Virus record (IMG/VR): IMGVR_UViG_3300045988_130745
Reading direction: 5' to 3' (one strand)
Length of the DNA: 64,000 nucleotides
DNA from: a virus
A program made the position numbers and the translations under genes. This document shows positions 54,840 through 62,228 of the stretch, in pieces; the stretch's first letter is position 1, and each line of letters opens with the position of its first letter. The notes under the pieces are model-generated. The model did not search any database. It saw nothing but the letters and a program-made list of their open reading frames with translations, and was not told the origin of the DNA.

Positions 54840-55070
54840 ATGACTCAGATTAAGACTAAAATTCGTGAAGCTCTTGACCCCAATGGTAAGAAAGTTTATA
54901 TTGAGCAGACTTATGTGCTGCCACGCAAGATCCAGCGTGAGAAGGCTCGTCAGAAGCTAAAGGCAATGGGCGTTCAGCATCCTAACAAGAAGCGCTGGAA
55001 TGTTTATACTGGTGAGTTTGACCCGTCTCCGCTTGCAGAACATTGGCGTGAGTATGGTGGGGAAGTTTAA
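54840..55070 (+). CDS. hypothetical protein
   Basis: Track ORF. Confidence 0.6.
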   Translation: MTQIKTKIREALDPNGKKVYIEQTYVLPRKIQREKARQKLKAMGVQHPNKKRWNVYTGEFDPSPLAEHWREYGGEV

Positions 55071-55078
55071 TTGATTTG

Positions 55079-55103
55079 GCTGGGTAGCAATACCCAGCTT
55101 TTT
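55079..55103 (+). terminator. Rho-independent terminator
   Basis: GCTGGGTA/TACCCAGC stem, loop GCAA, TTTTT. Confidence 0.75.
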
Positions 55104-55111
55104 CTATTATA

Positions 55112-55140
55112 TTGACAAATGAATAAAGGTATGGTATAAT
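55112..55140 (+). promoter_or_regulatory. conserved promoter module P17
   Basis: TTGACA 55112-17, 17 nt, TGG TATAAT 55135-40, then ATATATAGAAAAT. Confidence 0.75.
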
Positions 55141-55174
55141 ATATATAGAAAATCAAAAGAAAGAAAGGAATAAA

Positions 55175-55360
55175 ATGTTTCTTGAAGTTATGGCAGTGGT
55201 TGTATCTTTTGGAATGGGCATATTAGCATTTCGATATGGTACTCGTCGATTTTATGAAACTAAAGGTGACGAAGGTTGGAATGATGTAACTTTTAGCGCG
55301 CTTTGGTTTATCACAGGTATTTTATTTCTTCTTGAAATCGTAGAAAAGGTGATGTATTAA
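55175..55360 (+). CDS. small membrane protein
   Basis: Track ORF. Confidence 0.6.
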   Translation: MFLEVMAVVVSFGMGILAFRYGTRRFYETKGDEGWNDVTFSALWFITGILFLLEIVEKVMY

Positions 55361-55525
55361 ATGAATTGGATGGTTTTTGCAAGTGTTCTTTTGATTGCGG
55401 CGTTAATTATGAATGTACTTGCGCTTGCAGTTTATGGTTTTTTGTGGTTTAATTTTATTGTTTGTATTGCAGATGCAATTTTGCTAATTGCAAATTTTGT
55501 ATTCTTTTTCTTTAGGAAAAAGTAA
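55361..55525 (+). CDS. small membrane protein (54 aa)
   Basis: ATG 55361 directly after the upstream stop, to TAA 55523-25. Almost entirely hydrophobic. Below the track size cutoff. Confidence 0.5.
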   Translation: MNWMVFASVLLIAALIMNVLALAVYGFLWFNFIVCIADAILLIANFVFFFFRKK

Positions 55526-55962
55526 TGGCGCAAAGGAATTTCTACCCGAAAAAAATTTTATATAGCTAGAAGCCACGAAAACGTATTGTTTTCAACGAAA
55601 AAGATGGTTCTCTTGGAGAACAACGGATTCGGAAAATCCTTACGCAAAATCTATGTAATTTTGTCGAATAGAAGACTTTCGATGGATTAAAAGATTAGAA
55701 GCCGCTTAGATTTGATTTTTCATTAGAGTTTAATGGTAAGGTTGTATGTTTAATTGAGTATCAAGGAGAACAGCATTTTAAAGCTGTTGAGCATTTTGGT
55801 GGGATGGAAGGATTTTAGTTACGCCAAAAGCATGATGCAATGAAATTTCAATATTGTCAATAGCATAAGATTCCGTTGTTTTATATAAGATATGATGAAG
55901 ATTTAGATTAGCGGCTCGCGCAAATAATTCAATGGTATACAGTTTTTAAATGGATGGTGTGA
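55525..55962 (+). CDS. PD-(D/E)xK / Vsr-like putative homing endonuclease, TAG-dense
   Basis: ATG 55525 to TGA 55960-62 with 6 in-frame TAGs. RFDFSLEFNGKVVCLIEYQGEQHF...KHDAMKFQYC..HKIPLFYIRY resembles the D..(E)xQG.QH core of Vsr-like nucleases. Invisible in the standard-code track. Confidence 0.55.
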
Positions 55963-56226
55963 ATGATGATTAAGTATATTGAAGATTTGTTTTATTCAAT
56001 CGAATATCATTTTTTGAGCGCCTTTTGGCCTTATAAAAAGTTTGAAGTGGGTGAGATAGTTGATAAAGCTGTAGAGTATTGCCTACAACATCATGTGAAA
56101 TATAATGTTGGGAAAATTCAGAATACAGATATGAAAACTTGTTATGTAATTTTTAGTTATGCTAAACCTGAAGATGGAGAGATCCAAACTCATGTAGTGT
56201 GGTGTGAAGATGAAAACAATCATTAA
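55963..56226 (+). CDS. hypothetical protein
   Basis: Track ORF. Confidence 0.6.
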   Translation: MMIKYIEDLFYSIEYHFLSAFWPYKKFEVGEIVDKAVEYCLQHHVKYNVGKIQNTDMKTCYVIFSYAKPEDGEIQTHVVWCEDENNH

Positions 56227-56497
56227 CCCTTTTGTACGAAAAATTCTTGGCTTAGATAGTTTTGATAAGATTCAGCAGAACATCAAGGACTATTATAAGA
56301 AATGGATAGCCTTAGTTAAGGTTTATGATCCTGATGCTGGTAATTATTACGATGACATTTGTGAATATCTTGAAAAACAACGAGTGCCTTATATGGATTT
56401 CTCTTGTGATGATGGAGATTACATTGAGCGTACTTGGTTTACTTGGACTGACGGAAAGAGAATTTATGATGCTTACTTTGCGCGGGAGATTTGCTAA
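56210..56497 (+). CDS. hypothetical protein
   Basis: ATG 56210 inside track ORF 56204..56497. Confidence 0.55.
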   Translation: MKTIINPFVRKILGLDSFDKIQQNIKDYYKKWIALVKVYDPDAGNYYDDICEYLEKQRVPYMDFSCDDGDYIERTWFTWTDGKRIYDAYFAREIC

Positions 56498-56673
56498 TGA
56501 ATTGGCTAATTTTGATTGTAGGATATGCAGTTATTCTTGGAGTATTTCTTGATGCAAATGCAAAAGCCTATAAAGGTGAAGATGATGATACTCCTTGGGT
56601 CGGGAATATGTTATTGATGATGATTTTTGAATTGTTGTGGGTTATCATCTGGGCGAATCTTTTTATGGTGTAA
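56497..56673 (+). CDS. small membrane protein
   Basis: ATG 56497 overlaps the upstream stop, inside track ORF 56491..56673. Confidence 0.55.
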   Translation: MNWLILIVGYAVILGVFLDANAKAYKGEDDDTPWVGNMLLMMIFELLWVIIWANLFMV

Positions 56674-56674
56674 A

Positions 56675-56977
56675 ATGAAGAATGGATTAATTTTTGTTGA
56701 AGATTTACGCGAGATGGATAAAATCGCGGCAAGCATGGATGAAGATTATACTCTCGAAGATTTGATTCAAGCGGTTGAATGCAAAGAAGAGTTTACTCGT
56801 CCGCACTCATTTATTGTTAGAGCAAAAGCAGAAAAAATACGTTCCGCGCGCGGAAATGAACGGTATCTTGAGTGTGACCATTGCAAGCATAAAGTTAATT
56901 GGGATAAATGGAACTCTGAATGGAATTATTGTCCGTTCTGTGGGTTTCCAATTATTCGATGGACGGAGGAAGATTAA
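56675..56977 (+). CDS. hypothetical Cys4 zinc-ribbon protein
   Basis: ATG 56675 in track ORF 56627..56977. CDHC...CPFC. Confidence 0.6.
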   Translation: MKNGLIFVEDLREMDKIAASMDEDYTLEDLIQAVECKEEFTRPHSFIVRAKAEKIRSARGNERYLECDHCKHKVNWDKWNSEWNYCPFCGFPIIRWTEED

Positions 56978-57294
56978 TGACTGCTTTAGAAGCTAAAAGA
57001 GCTGCGGACAATTTTAATCAAGACTTATTCAAAAGGACGATGGAAAAAGTAACAGAGTACTTGAATAAGAAAATTGAGGAAGCTGCTTACCAAGGCAATT
57101 ATGAGTTTTATTTGAAATCGGATGATAAGCTTTTGATTACGACTATTGGTGAGAGAGAAGTTTTTGAGCTTTTTAAGAATATTGATTTACAGAAAGAATT
57201 AAAGAAGCAATTTAGAGTGGATGGTTTTTTGGTTGGTTTTGATGAAGGTTATGAAAGAGCCTATGTGACAGTTAGCTGGAGGGAGCCTTATTGA
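56977..57294 (+). CDS. tandem paralog array member 1
   Basis: ATG 56977 in track ORF 56920..57294. Ends ...DGFLVGF...YVTVSWREPY. Confidence 0.6.
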   Translation: MTALEAKRAADNFNQDLFKRTMEKVTEYLNKKIEEAAYQGNYEFYLKSDDKLLITTIGEREVFELFKNIDLQKELKKQFRVDGFLVGFDEGYERAYVTVSWREPY

Positions 57295-57650
57295 GAGCAG
57301 AAGAAAGTTATAACGCTGCGCTAACGGTTTTAAAAGATTATTAGACTCAAGAGGTAGACGACGTAGTTGCGGAAATTTATTACCGAATTGATAGTTATGT
57401 TAAAAAAGGATTATTCCGCTGTCAGATAAATATGACATCAAATGATTTTTTAAATTCGTTTAGCAATCATGATATTCAAGATTTAATTTTGATGAATAAT
57501 GATTTTGTAGAAATAATTGTTCAAAAGATAAGAGATGATGGATATAATGTGTGTTTAATGAATTTTGGTAAGCCTAAGCTTCTTGCAATTAATTGGAATG
57601 TTGTAAAAGAAGAGCAACCAAAAGAAAAGAAAAAGAAATGGTTTTGGTAG
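57291..57650 (+). CDS. tandem paralog array member 2
   Basis: TTG 57291 (RBS GGAGGGA) is in frame with ORF 57432..57650 across one TAG (~57342). ...DDGYNVCLMNF...LLAINW. Confidence 0.5.
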
Positions 57651-57664
57651 AAAGGTTGATTTGA

Positions 57665-58033
57665 ATGATTAGTGCAAAAGAAGCTAGAAGTTTTGCTGAC
57701 GAAGTAACCATTGCTGCACGTCAGCGAAAAGAATATCCGATTTTGATTGGTGACATTGAACGAAAGATTACTCGTGTATCGAAGATGGGTAGATATTCTA
57801 TTCATTATTGGTTTACCGATGTTTCTTTTCGTATGATGGAGAGTTCTTTGAATTTGAATGATCCAGTACTGAGCGCGCAGTTTAATAATAGGTCGGATTC
57901 TTCTTTGTATGCAAAGATTAAAAATGATTTAATTGAAGCTGGCTACGAAGTTGATGAAGATTTTGGTCCTGCTTCAATGTATTACTGGACTATTAAGTGG
58001 GATAGAGAGGATGACGGTTATGATTTTATTTGA
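57665..58033 (+). CDS. tandem paralog array member 3
   Basis: Track ORF. ...EAGYEVDEDF...WTIKWDRE. Confidence 0.6.
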   Translation: MISAKEARSFADEVTIAARQRKEYPILIGDIERKITRVSKMGRYSIHYWFTDVSFRMMESSLNLNDPVLSAQFNNRSDSSLYAKIKNDLIEAGYEVDEDFGPASMYYWTIKWDREDDGYDFI

Positions 58034-58322
58034 TGTTGAAGATGCAGTTGGAGTTGCTCGGCTCAATAAAGAGATTATGGATTTTCTTGCTATTGCAGAA
58101 CCTGCAGTGACGATGGAGATTAAAGAAGCAGCTAATCGTGGAGAGTTTGGCTTTTGGTGGTCGAGTGGAAAGAATAAAAAGGTTGCCGAGATTCTTTTCC
58201 CTAACAGTGAGGAGAAATGTTGTGTTGACCCTAATAAGTTTACAGATGCATTAATTCATTCGTTAAAAGATGCTGGCTATAAAGTTAGGTTTGGGTCTAA
58301 GGGATGGTATATTGAATGGTAA
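58020..58322 (+). CDS. tandem paralog array member 4
   Basis: ATG 58020 inside track ORF 57933..58322. ...DAGYKVRFGSKGWYIEW. Confidence 0.6.
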   Translation: MILFDVEDAVGVARLNKEIMDFLAIAEPAVTMEIKEAANRGEFGFWWSSGKNKKVAEILFPNSEEKCCVDPNKFTDALIHSLKDAGYKVRFGSKGWYIEW

Positions 58323-58639
58323 ATTTAAATGATAGAGTACCAACTGCTGCGCAAGTAAGAAAAAGATTTTACGATGCTGACACTTATACTCAGGCTTATA
58401 TGAAAATACAAGATTCTTTTTTGGAAGAGCTGCGCAAAGCTATAAGTAATAAAGATTATTCGTTAGTATTTGGTGGAGAAGTTCATAATATAGACGTTTT
58501 ATTAGATTTTAAAAAATGGCTTCAAGATAACGGGTATGAGATTGTTGATGAAAACACAGTACAGTATAGCAATGTTAGTATATTAAGTAATTGCACGCGC
58601 TATACGACTAAATGGAAAATGGAGGTTAGTTGGAGTTAA
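58316..58639 (+). CDS. tandem paralog array member 5
   Basis: Track ORF. ...DNGYEIVDE...KMEVSWS. Confidence 0.6.
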   Translation: MVNLNDRVPTAAQVRKRFYDADTYTQAYMKIQDSFLEELRKAISNKDYSLVFGGEVHNIDVLLDFKKWLQDNGYEIVDENTVQYSNVSILSNCTRYTTKWKMEVSWS

Positions 58640-58640
58640 A

Positions 58641-58937
58641 ATGAATATTAATGCAACTGCTGCAAGTAGAGTTGTTTGGATAATGGATAACAATAGAGCC
58701 GAACAATTTTCAGAGAATGAATCTGGAGCTTTACGATTAATTATTGATTCCATTATGGAGAATATTGGTAAAGCTGCACTTTGTGGGCACAATCATTTGG
58801 AAATTACTTGGACTCGCAGTGATAATAATGAACAACTAACTCAAGAAGTTGAGGATTACTTAATTTACAAAATGGGTTATAACATTGAAGAACGGTTTCC
58901 AGATGGGCCTAATGGTAGTATTGTGATTAAGTGGTAA
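58641..58937 (+). CDS. tandem paralog array member 6
   Basis: Track ORF. ...KMGYNIEE...SIVIKW. Confidence 0.6.
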   Translation: MNINATAASRVVWIMDNNRAEQFSENESGALRLIIDSIMENIGKAALCGHNHLEITWTRSDNNEQLTQEVEDYLIYKMGYNIEERFPDGPNGSIVIKW

Positions 58938-58956
58938 ATAAGATAGGTGAATTAAA

Positions 58957-59274
58957 ATGGTGTTTCATAGATATATAAATGCATTGCAAGCAGAAAAAAT
59001 TTCTGAAGCAATGAAAGATACTCCTCTGGTTGATAGTAAATTAGATTATGATATACATGATTCATATCTTGGATACCTTGAATGCGAAATTACAGAAGCC
59101 GCATTAAAAGGGAATGATCAGTTTAAAGCAATTTTATCAGATGATCTTGTTAAGAAAATGGATAAAATGGTTGAGTTTTTAAAAAACGAAGGCTATAAAG
59201 TAACATATGAGAAGTTTGATGATTTTAGAAGTGATCCACCTTATGCTGTTGGCGAACTTAAAATAAGTTGGTAA
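58957..59274 (+). CDS. tandem paralog array member 7
   Basis: Track ORF. ...NEGYKVTYE...ELKISW. Confidence 0.6.
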   Translation: MVFHRYINALQAEKISEAMKDTPLVDSKLDYDIHDSYLGYLECEITEAALKGNDQFKAILSDDLVKKMDKMVEFLKNEGYKVTYEKFDDFRSDPPYAVGELKISW

Positions 59275-59291
59275 TTAAGAAAGGAAATTAA

Positions 59292-59540
59292 ATGTTTTTT
59301 CGAGCAGAATTAACTGATTGGTTAAAAGAGAATGGTGATTGTAAAAGGGTAAGGCATTTTCAAAAGTACCAAAAAACTTTTGACCAAGCGATGGATGATG
59401 TTTTTGACGCAGCCATCCATGGGAAATCTAAGGTTTCATTTTCTTGCTCAAAAGAGTATGCTAGTGAACTTGAAGATAGATTTATTTATTTAGGTTATGA
59501 AGCTAAGTGGATAAATGGTCAGTTATTAATTGAGTGGTGA
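59292..59540 (+). CDS. tandem paralog array member 8
   Basis: Track ORF. ...YLGYEAKWINGQLLIEW. Confidence 0.6.
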   Translation: MFFRAELTDWLKENGDCKRVRHFQKYQKTFDQAMDDVFDAAIHGKSKVSFSCSKEYASELEDRFIYLGYEAKWINGQLLIEW

Positions 59541-59545
59541 GTTAA

Positions 59546-59833
59546 ATGTTATTTAATGCTGATTTTGCACGGGCTTGTATCGAACCAACAGAAGTTTTCT
59601 CTATTGAAGATATTTTTGAAACTTACGCGCGGCAGAATATCATTGATGGTTTAATGCGAGAAATTTATGGAGAAGCACGAAATAAAGGTCGTCAGATAAA
59701 TTTTGACATTGGTGTTGGCGAGACTACTGATTGGGTTTTGGCAGAATTAAGTGACTATGGATATGGAGTTACATCAAAAGAAATTTGTATTGATGGAGTG
59801 GGACCGTTTAAGAGAGTAACGGTTCAATGGTGA
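59546..59833 (+). CDS. tandem paralog array member 9
   Basis: Track ORF. ...DYGYGVTSK...RVTVQW. Confidence 0.6.
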   Translation: MLFNADFARACIEPTEVFSIEDIFETYARQNIIDGLMREIYGEARNKGRQINFDIGVGETTDWVLAELSDYGYGVTSKEICIDGVGPFKRVTVQW

Positions 59834-59838
59834 TTTAA

Positions 59839-60132
59839 ATGAGATTTTCAGCTGATTACGCGAGAGCGTGCATGGACAAGTCAGATAAAATTGGCTTTAA
59901 AGAGCTTCAAAAAAATGCGACAAGATAGAGACTTCTTGATGCTGTAATGGAGCATATTTATTTTGAAGCTTTATATGAAGAGTAGTCATGCTTGACTTTT
60001 TTAGTAAATAAGAAAGATAAAGAAGACCTTTGTGACAGCTTAAAGTTATATGGTTTTAAAGTTAAAGAAATTCCACTAGATGACAGAAGTCATCTTTTTG
60101 AAAATACAGTAAATTTGTTAATTTCATGGTAA
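59839..60132 (+). CDS. tandem paralog array member 10
   Basis: ATG 59839 to TAA 60130-32 with 2 in-frame TAGs. ...LYGFKVKEI...VNLLISW. Not in the track. Confidence 0.5.
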
Positions 60133-60154
60133 TCGCGCATTCAATAGAAAGAAG

Positions 60155-60180
60155 GAGAGGAAGAAATTCCTCTCTTTTTT
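60155..60180 (+). terminator. Rho-independent terminator ending the plus-strand block
   Basis: GAGAGGAA/TTCCTCTC stem, loop GAAA, TTTTTT. Confidence 0.75.
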
Positions 60181-60229
60181 ATTGCGCGGGAGGATGAAAA
60201 TTTTTAGAATTTTCTTTTATGCTTACTAC

Positions 60230-60840
60230 TCTTCAAATGATTCTGAGGGAAATTCCTATCTAAATTATAATTAAGAGAGAAAATTGAGAAAAAGAAAGAA
60301 AGAATGAAGCCTTAACCACAAAAGAATAATGCAGTGCTAGTGAGCGAGATTGGGCTTACCGCAAGCGTAGCGAGAGGTAAGGCGAATAACGAAGCGAACG
60401 GTGCGAGCGACAGCGAGCGCTCAAATGGAATAATAAATTAGAAAAGAAAAAGAAAACCCTATCGTCGCATTCAAAAGCGATAGGGTTCAACTTATATAAT
60501 TAAGAAATTAAATAGAAAGAGAAAAAGAGGGAGAGGGAGAGGAAAATGGGATAAGAGGGAGAGGGATGAAAATATCGAAAATGAAAAATGAAAATAAAAT
60601 AAGAGGGAGAGGGGTACAATTCGGGCTAAAGAGAGAAAATCAAAACAATCCAAAATCCAAAAATCAGAAAAAAATGACGCTTAGAGGGAGAAGGATTAAA
60701 GTTAAGAAATTAAATAGAGAGAAAAAGAGAGAGGAAAGGAAAGGATGAAAAAGAGGGAGAGGAGAAGAGAAAGAGAAGAGAGAGAGAAAAGGAAGAATGA
60801 GAAAACTTTCCACCCGACCACCGACAAAGAAACTCAACGC
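60230..60840. repeat. purine-rich, repeat-dense non-coding region
   Basis: About 600 bp on the plus strand are almost only A/G. Three copies of TTAAGA(A/G)A..AAATAGA(A/G)AGA(A/G)AAAAAGAG(A/G)GAG. A GCGAG-rich patch at 60340-60420. A 10-bp hairpin AACCCTATCG/CGATAGGGTT at 60457-60489. Confidence 0.7.
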
Positions 60841-61015
60841 CACCATCCATCCCGTGGCTCCGGCTAATTATATAATGATTTTTAATGGGCCGAAAAGTAA
60901 AACTTGGCCACCTAAAATTTTTGGTAGTGGGATTGATTTGGATAGGTTGGAATCCTCTGAAATGTCCTAGTCCACAACTCTTCACAAAAGTCAATCATTC
61001 AACCAAAAAAAATAT

Positions 61016-61045
61016 AAAAAAAAAAGAGCCACGAATCCCGTGGCT
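61016..61045 (-). terminator. Rho-independent terminator (minus strand)
   Basis: GAGCCACG/CGTGGCTC stem with a plus-strand A-run (minus-strand T-run), just downstream of minus gene 61057..61296. Confidence 0.7.
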
Positions 61046-61056
61046 CCGGATCATAA

Positions 61057-61296
61057 TTATTGCGTGGAACGCATTTTCAGCTTATCATTCCAATCCTCAA
61101 CTGCATCATCAATGTCGAAGTTCTTCTTTGCGGTGAGTGAAAAGACAACCCAAATTTCTTCTCTGTTGACTTCTTCAAGAGAAGCCCACTTATAGTCGTC
61201 AATCTGAATGCAATCGCTGACAAAATCTTTGAATCGTTCCTTTGTCAAATCCTTAGCAGCTTTGAGTTTTTGCTGCTGGTTCATCTTATTTTCCAT
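61057..61296 (-). CDS. hypothetical protein
   Basis: ATG at 61296 (MENKMNQQQK) after GAAAGGAAAAACC, inside track ORF 61057..61341. Confidence 0.6.
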   Translation of the reverse strand: MENKMNQQQKLKAAKDLTKERFKDFVSDCIQIDDYKWASLEEVNREEIWVVFSLTAKKNFDIDDAVEDWNDKLKMRSTQ

Positions 61297-61480
61297 TGGT
61301 TTTTCCTTTCTTCGCGCGCGGAGTATAATCATTTCTACCACAAATCGCGCATGGAAAAACAGAAATGTAGCCTTCGCTATTGGTAAAAGTGTTCAAAACT
61401 GTATTGAATTTGAGACATTTTTTTGCCCCGAACTGGAGACTAGTACAGCCGTTGCAAATTTCGTCGCGTGAAATCTTCAT
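61286..61480 (-). CDS. small Cys-rich zinc-ribbon-like protein
   Basis: ATG at 61480 (MKISRDEICNGC...CAIC) after AAAGGAGAA, inside track ORF 61286..61606. Confidence 0.6.
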   Translation of the reverse strand: MKISRDEICNGCTSLQFGAKKCLKFNTVLNTFTNSEGYISVFPCAICGRNDYTPRAKKGKTNGK

Positions 61481-61513
61481 TTTCGATTCTCCTTTTATCT
61501 TCTTTATAATTAT

Positions 61514-61542
61514 ATTATACCACAAAATTGCGCTTTTGTCAA
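61514..61542 (-). promoter_or_regulatory. minus-strand promoter M1
   Basis: Reverse complement reads TTGACA (61537-42), 17 nt, TGG TATAAT (61514-19). Confidence 0.65.
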
Positions 61543-61577
61543 TATTTGGTGCGGGGTTAAAAAAGTTTTTTTTGCTT

Positions 61578-61606
61578 ATTATATCATACTTTTGATTAAA
61601 AGTCAA
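61578..61606 (-). promoter_or_regulatory. minus-strand promoter M2
   Basis: Reverse complement reads TTGACT (61601-06), 17 nt, TGA TATAAT (61578-83). Confidence 0.6.
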
Positions 61607-61627
61607 GTTTTTGAGTTCAGCGTGAAT

Positions 61628-61655
61628 AAAAAAAGATGCGCAGAATCATCCGCAT
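61628..61655 (-). terminator. possible minus-strand terminator
   Basis: ATGCG/CGCAT 5-bp stem with a plus-strand A7 (minus-strand T-run). The stem is weak. Confidence 0.35.
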
Positions 61656-61992
61656 ATCCTTTTGAGGTACCACTCGATCTTTTGCAGATCATTTATGTAA
61701 ACTCAATCAGCCGAGATTCTAATTGAGTTACACTATTTTGAATTTGATTTGGACTTTTGAGTTGATCATTTTGATTGAAAACTCTTGACTTTGACTGGCT
61801 TTTGGAGCTTAAAACTCCCGAATTTTGAGCGCTTCCGCTCTCAAAACCCTACCAGTCAAATAGAAAATGAGTACCAAACCGATTTGACGATGCTACGCAC
61901 TTTTTATTTGGCGTAGCTACGCCGATTTTTTCAACGCTGGAACGCAGTTTATTTTTTGTCGTCCCTATGTCCTTTTCTCATTTTCTATAAAT

Positions 61993-62021
61993 ATTATACC
62001 ATACATTTGCTCTTGAATCAA
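61993..62021 (-). promoter_or_regulatory. minus-strand copy of the conserved promoter module (M3)
   Basis: Reverse complement reads TTGATT (62016-21), 17 nt, TGG TATAAT (61993-98), then ATTTATAGAAAATGAGAAAAGG. No ORF follows. Confidence 0.6.
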
Positions 62022-62228
62022 TAATTCGACGTAGTAGCGTTATTTTTGGCTTGAAAAGTTACAATTTAGGTACAAATTTTGTGTATTTTTATTCATTTTG
62101 CGCGCACGATTGTTAAATTTTTAACAAAGTTTGCGCTAAAAAATAACAATAAGACGCGAAAAATTGCTGGAAATAACTGGAAAATTAAATTTTTGCATAA
62201 ATATTCAAGAAAAAAATCTGAAAAATGC

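Noticed and set aside
23363-55140. Considered whether the regularly recurring ~45-bp conserved units could be a CRISPR-like array.
   Set aside because: The units are canonical -35/-10 promoters, spaced by whole genes (0.2-5 kb) rather than 25-40-bp spacers, and each is followed by an RBS and an ORF or a tRNA.
60566-61136. Track ORFs in the purine-rich tract: 60566..60748(+), 60664..60846(-), 60710..60994(-), 60885..61136(+).
   Set aside because: Their translations are K/E/R/G or S/L/F low-complexity strings produced by the polypurine/polypyrimidine composition. They have no start context.
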